64,000 nt of DNA from Chara braunii (lineage: Eukaryota; Plantae; Charophyceae), in contig BFEA01000012.1 in NCBI GenBank assembly GCA_003427395.1, forward strand, positions 4,609,512-4,673,511, read 5' to 3'. Both the position numbers and the translations under genes were made by a program. Positions 60,947 to 64,000 of this stretch are shown here, piece after piece (within the stretch, counting starts at the first letter, position 1; every line of letters begins with the position of its first letter). The notes below the pieces were generated by a model, which did not search any database, had not been told where the DNA came from, and was given only the letters and a program-made list of their open reading frames with translations.

Positions 60947-63900
60947 CGATACGCCTTACAAGATATGGAGGACGAGAAAACGCCGGGGATCGACTCCTTC
61001 CTGAAGGAGTTTTGGGTAGGATTCTGGGACCTGATCAGAGTGGATCTTATGGAGTACATAGACGCGGTGCAAAAAGAGGGGTCCTTTGGGGGAATGATTG
61101 GGCAGGGGGTGACTACCCTGTTATATAAGAAAGGAGACAAGGACAATATTAGAAATTATACGCCCATTACCCTTCTTCCGATCCCCTACAAGATGGTGGC
61201 TAAAGTCCTAACTAACAAATTGCTGCCATTCATGAATATGCTGATTCACCCGGACCAAACAAGGTTTATGCCCAATCGGAACATCTAGGATAACATCCTG
61301 TTGGTCAACGAGACCATCAAATATGCCCGCCAACGAAGGGCTCAGGCCGCAATCCTCTTCATAGATTTTGAAAAGGCATATGACCATGTCGATTGGGACT
61401 TCCTCGATATGTGCCTTCTGAAGATGAATTTTGGTCCGAGTTTCTGCCAATGGATACAACTCCTGCATAGATCAGCCACAACCAACATAATGTTGAATGG
61501 TCATCTTTCGCCACCGATTCACCTCCAGAGATCGGTGCGCCAGGGAGACCCCATTGCGCCGCTGCTATTTGTTATAGTCATGGAGGCCTTGGCTGCAATG
61601 ATCAGAGCGCATTCGGGTATCAGCAAAGTGCCTATTCCAGACTTACCACATCACCTCATACCCCTGACGTCGCTCTTTGCGGATGACCTTACTGTACTAA
61701 TACGCGCCGACAACGACAACATTCAGGCACTCACCCAAGTTATTCATCTTTTTTCGCTGGCAGCAGATATGAAGGTTAACTGGGGGTCTAAAACTGAGGG
61801 CTGGTGGCTCCACCCCCAAGGACAACCACCCCCTCCCGAGCCGAGTGTTGCTTGGGCCCGCAAAGAGGACGCCATTAGGATACTTGGGGTTCGTCTAACT
61901 GCACTGGGCCCCCCGCCGGACCACAGGGACATGCTGGTTAACATGGCCATTGACCGCTTGGCCAACTGGGAAGGCCTGCACACATCACTGGTGGGACGTG
62001 CTTTAGCAATTAATAATGCCATCCTGGCGGCCAGCTGGTACAAACTGGCAGTCTGGCCGTTGACTAAGCAGCAGCACACAAGGCTGAAGAAAGCCCTCAC
62101 GACGTACCTATGGAAAAATAGTGCTAAAGCTCAAGGCTGCATCTACAGGGTGAAGTGGGATGTGCTCACACAACCTAGATCTGAAGGGGGACTGGGAATC
62201 CTGGACCCGGAAAGACAGACCGAGGCGCTCATATTTAAAGTCCTGGTCCGCTTGCTCTTAGGGAACGACATTCCTTGGAGACCGTTGGCCTGCCTGCAAT
62301 TAACCAACCTCGCTCCTCGAAGTGAGGCCCAGGGAAAGGTCCACCCATTTCAATGGCTGACGAATAGCTATTGGACTGTCCCGGTTCCCCTACATGATTA
62401 AACTTTGGAGACGGAGGGGGCCCCAACAAAAACACCCTCCGAACAGGTGGCAGTCATATGGAGGCAACCCCTCTTTGGCAACCCTTACATCCTGCAAGAA
62501 TCAGGCCAGCCATTCCCCCTGACCACTAACTCACCCTGGCTGACCTGGGCGAAGAAAGGTGTGTTTACGGTTGGTGACCTGTGGGACCCAGTGACTTGGG
62601 AATGGGCGACCCGACCCAGTTACAGCGCAAACTTAAGTATGCCAAAAATGTGGAAGAAAAGGCTTGTCTACTAAAAGAGGCCCTCCCCATTGCCTGGCAT
62701 CTCACTCTAAGGGAGGGACCAACGGTCCGTCAGGATGACTGGGTTGTTAGATATTCGGATTCGCCGACCCACCTCGTCATATTCAAAGTTAAGAACAACA
62801 ACCATGGGATCTGCGATCTGGAAGCCTACGAGCCCCAATTGCCTGGGGCCACGCTTACAAAACTGGTGAGAAACGACAACCTGGACACCACAGGCGCATG
62901 GGGGGGACTGATGCAGGTGAGGGTGGTGGGAGATCAGGAAAATGGATACTATGCATATGAGACCTTCACTCCTGTGGCTAAGTTACCCTTTGATCTGGCG
63001 GAATGGGAGTGGCCAGGCCCTAAACCAATGCATCTATGGAAATTCACAGTCAAAGGAGGATACCGGACATCATGACAACTCCTGCCGATCGCTCAAACGA
63101 TTGCCGCCAGATGGGAGCGAGATTCGCCGCTGGACCATAAATTGTCACGGGCTTTCGATTGGTCCAAATATGGAAGGATCATGCCTACAAATCATAGATC
63201 GTTGCAGTGGCAGATCCTCCACCGCTGCCTCCCCACCCCCGATTGGATAGTGTCAAGGACTGACCTGGAGCAGCAAGGTAAGCTATCCCCGATTTGTGCG
63301 TATTGTGCTCACACACCGGCCAGGGCGACCCTCGAACACTGTCTTCTGGCGTGCCCGATGGTAACCCAACTGTGGCAATGGTGGGATGCGGCCTTTCACT
63401 CCCTCACCGGATATCACATACCTTGGGATATTGGCCTCCTGCTGCTTGGGAAGAACTGCCATTTGCTGACTGCCTGGTCTCCGTTTGCGACCAATCTTTT
63501 TTCATACACCAGGCTGCACCTTCTTATGTTAGCCTGGAGAGCCAGATGCTCGTTCGAAAGGAAAGACCACCAATTTGGTCTGCAGCAGGCGCAACAAGCT
63601 GTCAATGAGCACATCAGGACNAATACCCACGAAGCCTGGAGGGCCATGAAGCGCGATCTGCTGGAGGAAAAAGACCCTCCAGCCAGGGAAGCCATCAGAG
63701 AGGCTTATATGCTTNTTTGGCAGGACCCTGGCAAACTGTTCTCAGAACTGGACAGTTCTCTTGACATAACGTGGAAACCTTGGAGGGAAANGGAAACTGC
63801 CTGGCAGAGGAAACCCTTTGCTGACTTCCAAGTCCCCTACCTCCAACCTAACTTTGTGCTGCTCCCTACCCNGGCGCNGCCTGCCCAGCCGCCCCCCTTC

Positions 63901-64000
63901 TNTCCGCCGGCTGTGTCAAGCGCATTGCCCCCTCCCTGCCCAGCGTCACTCGCCCCGCATTCTGCACTCACCCACCACACCACGTGACTCGCAGCTGTGC
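60947..64000 (+). mobile_element. Second 5'-truncated L1-like LINE ORF2 (RT to C-terminus)
   Basis: KTPGIDS, IDFEKAYD, RQGDPIAP, LFADD, EGGLGI, CAYC...ATLEHCLLAC; premature stops. Confidence 0.96.

Overview
Eukaryotic nuclear DNA from a draft scaffold (4 N-gaps), dominated by nested, decayed retroelements. The plant-type cytosolic Hsp90, the plant-mitochondrial-type rRNA insert and the repeat landscape suggest a streptophyte, possibly a charophyte alga such as Chara (inference only). Host coding content is one intact intronless cytosolic Hsp90 (45654-47840) and one isolated 120-bp exon of a histidine-box fatty-acid-desaturase-like gene (21382-21501). The rest comprises at least three Ty3/gypsy gag(-protease) remnants, several LTRs with different primer-binding sites, five or more L1-like LINE pieces, MITEs, micro- and minisatellites, a mitochondrial LSU rRNA insert (NUMT) that seems to carry the end of a group I intron, and a Nextera mate-pair adapter artefact at 55123-55160. 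The best novelty candidate is a ~120-nt dispersed repeat (4 pieces) that carries a hammerhead-ribozyme core, probably of type III topology. It always sits in (TA)n tracts and has a fixed 3' end with variable 5' truncation, so it looks like a very small ribozyme retroelement. Secondary candidates are conserved modular stem-loop motifs in LINE 3' tails, a structured 325-nt 1.2-mer repeat, and an LTR with a half-tRNA-iMet-type primer site. Nothing was computed or database-searched; all calls are from reading the sequence.
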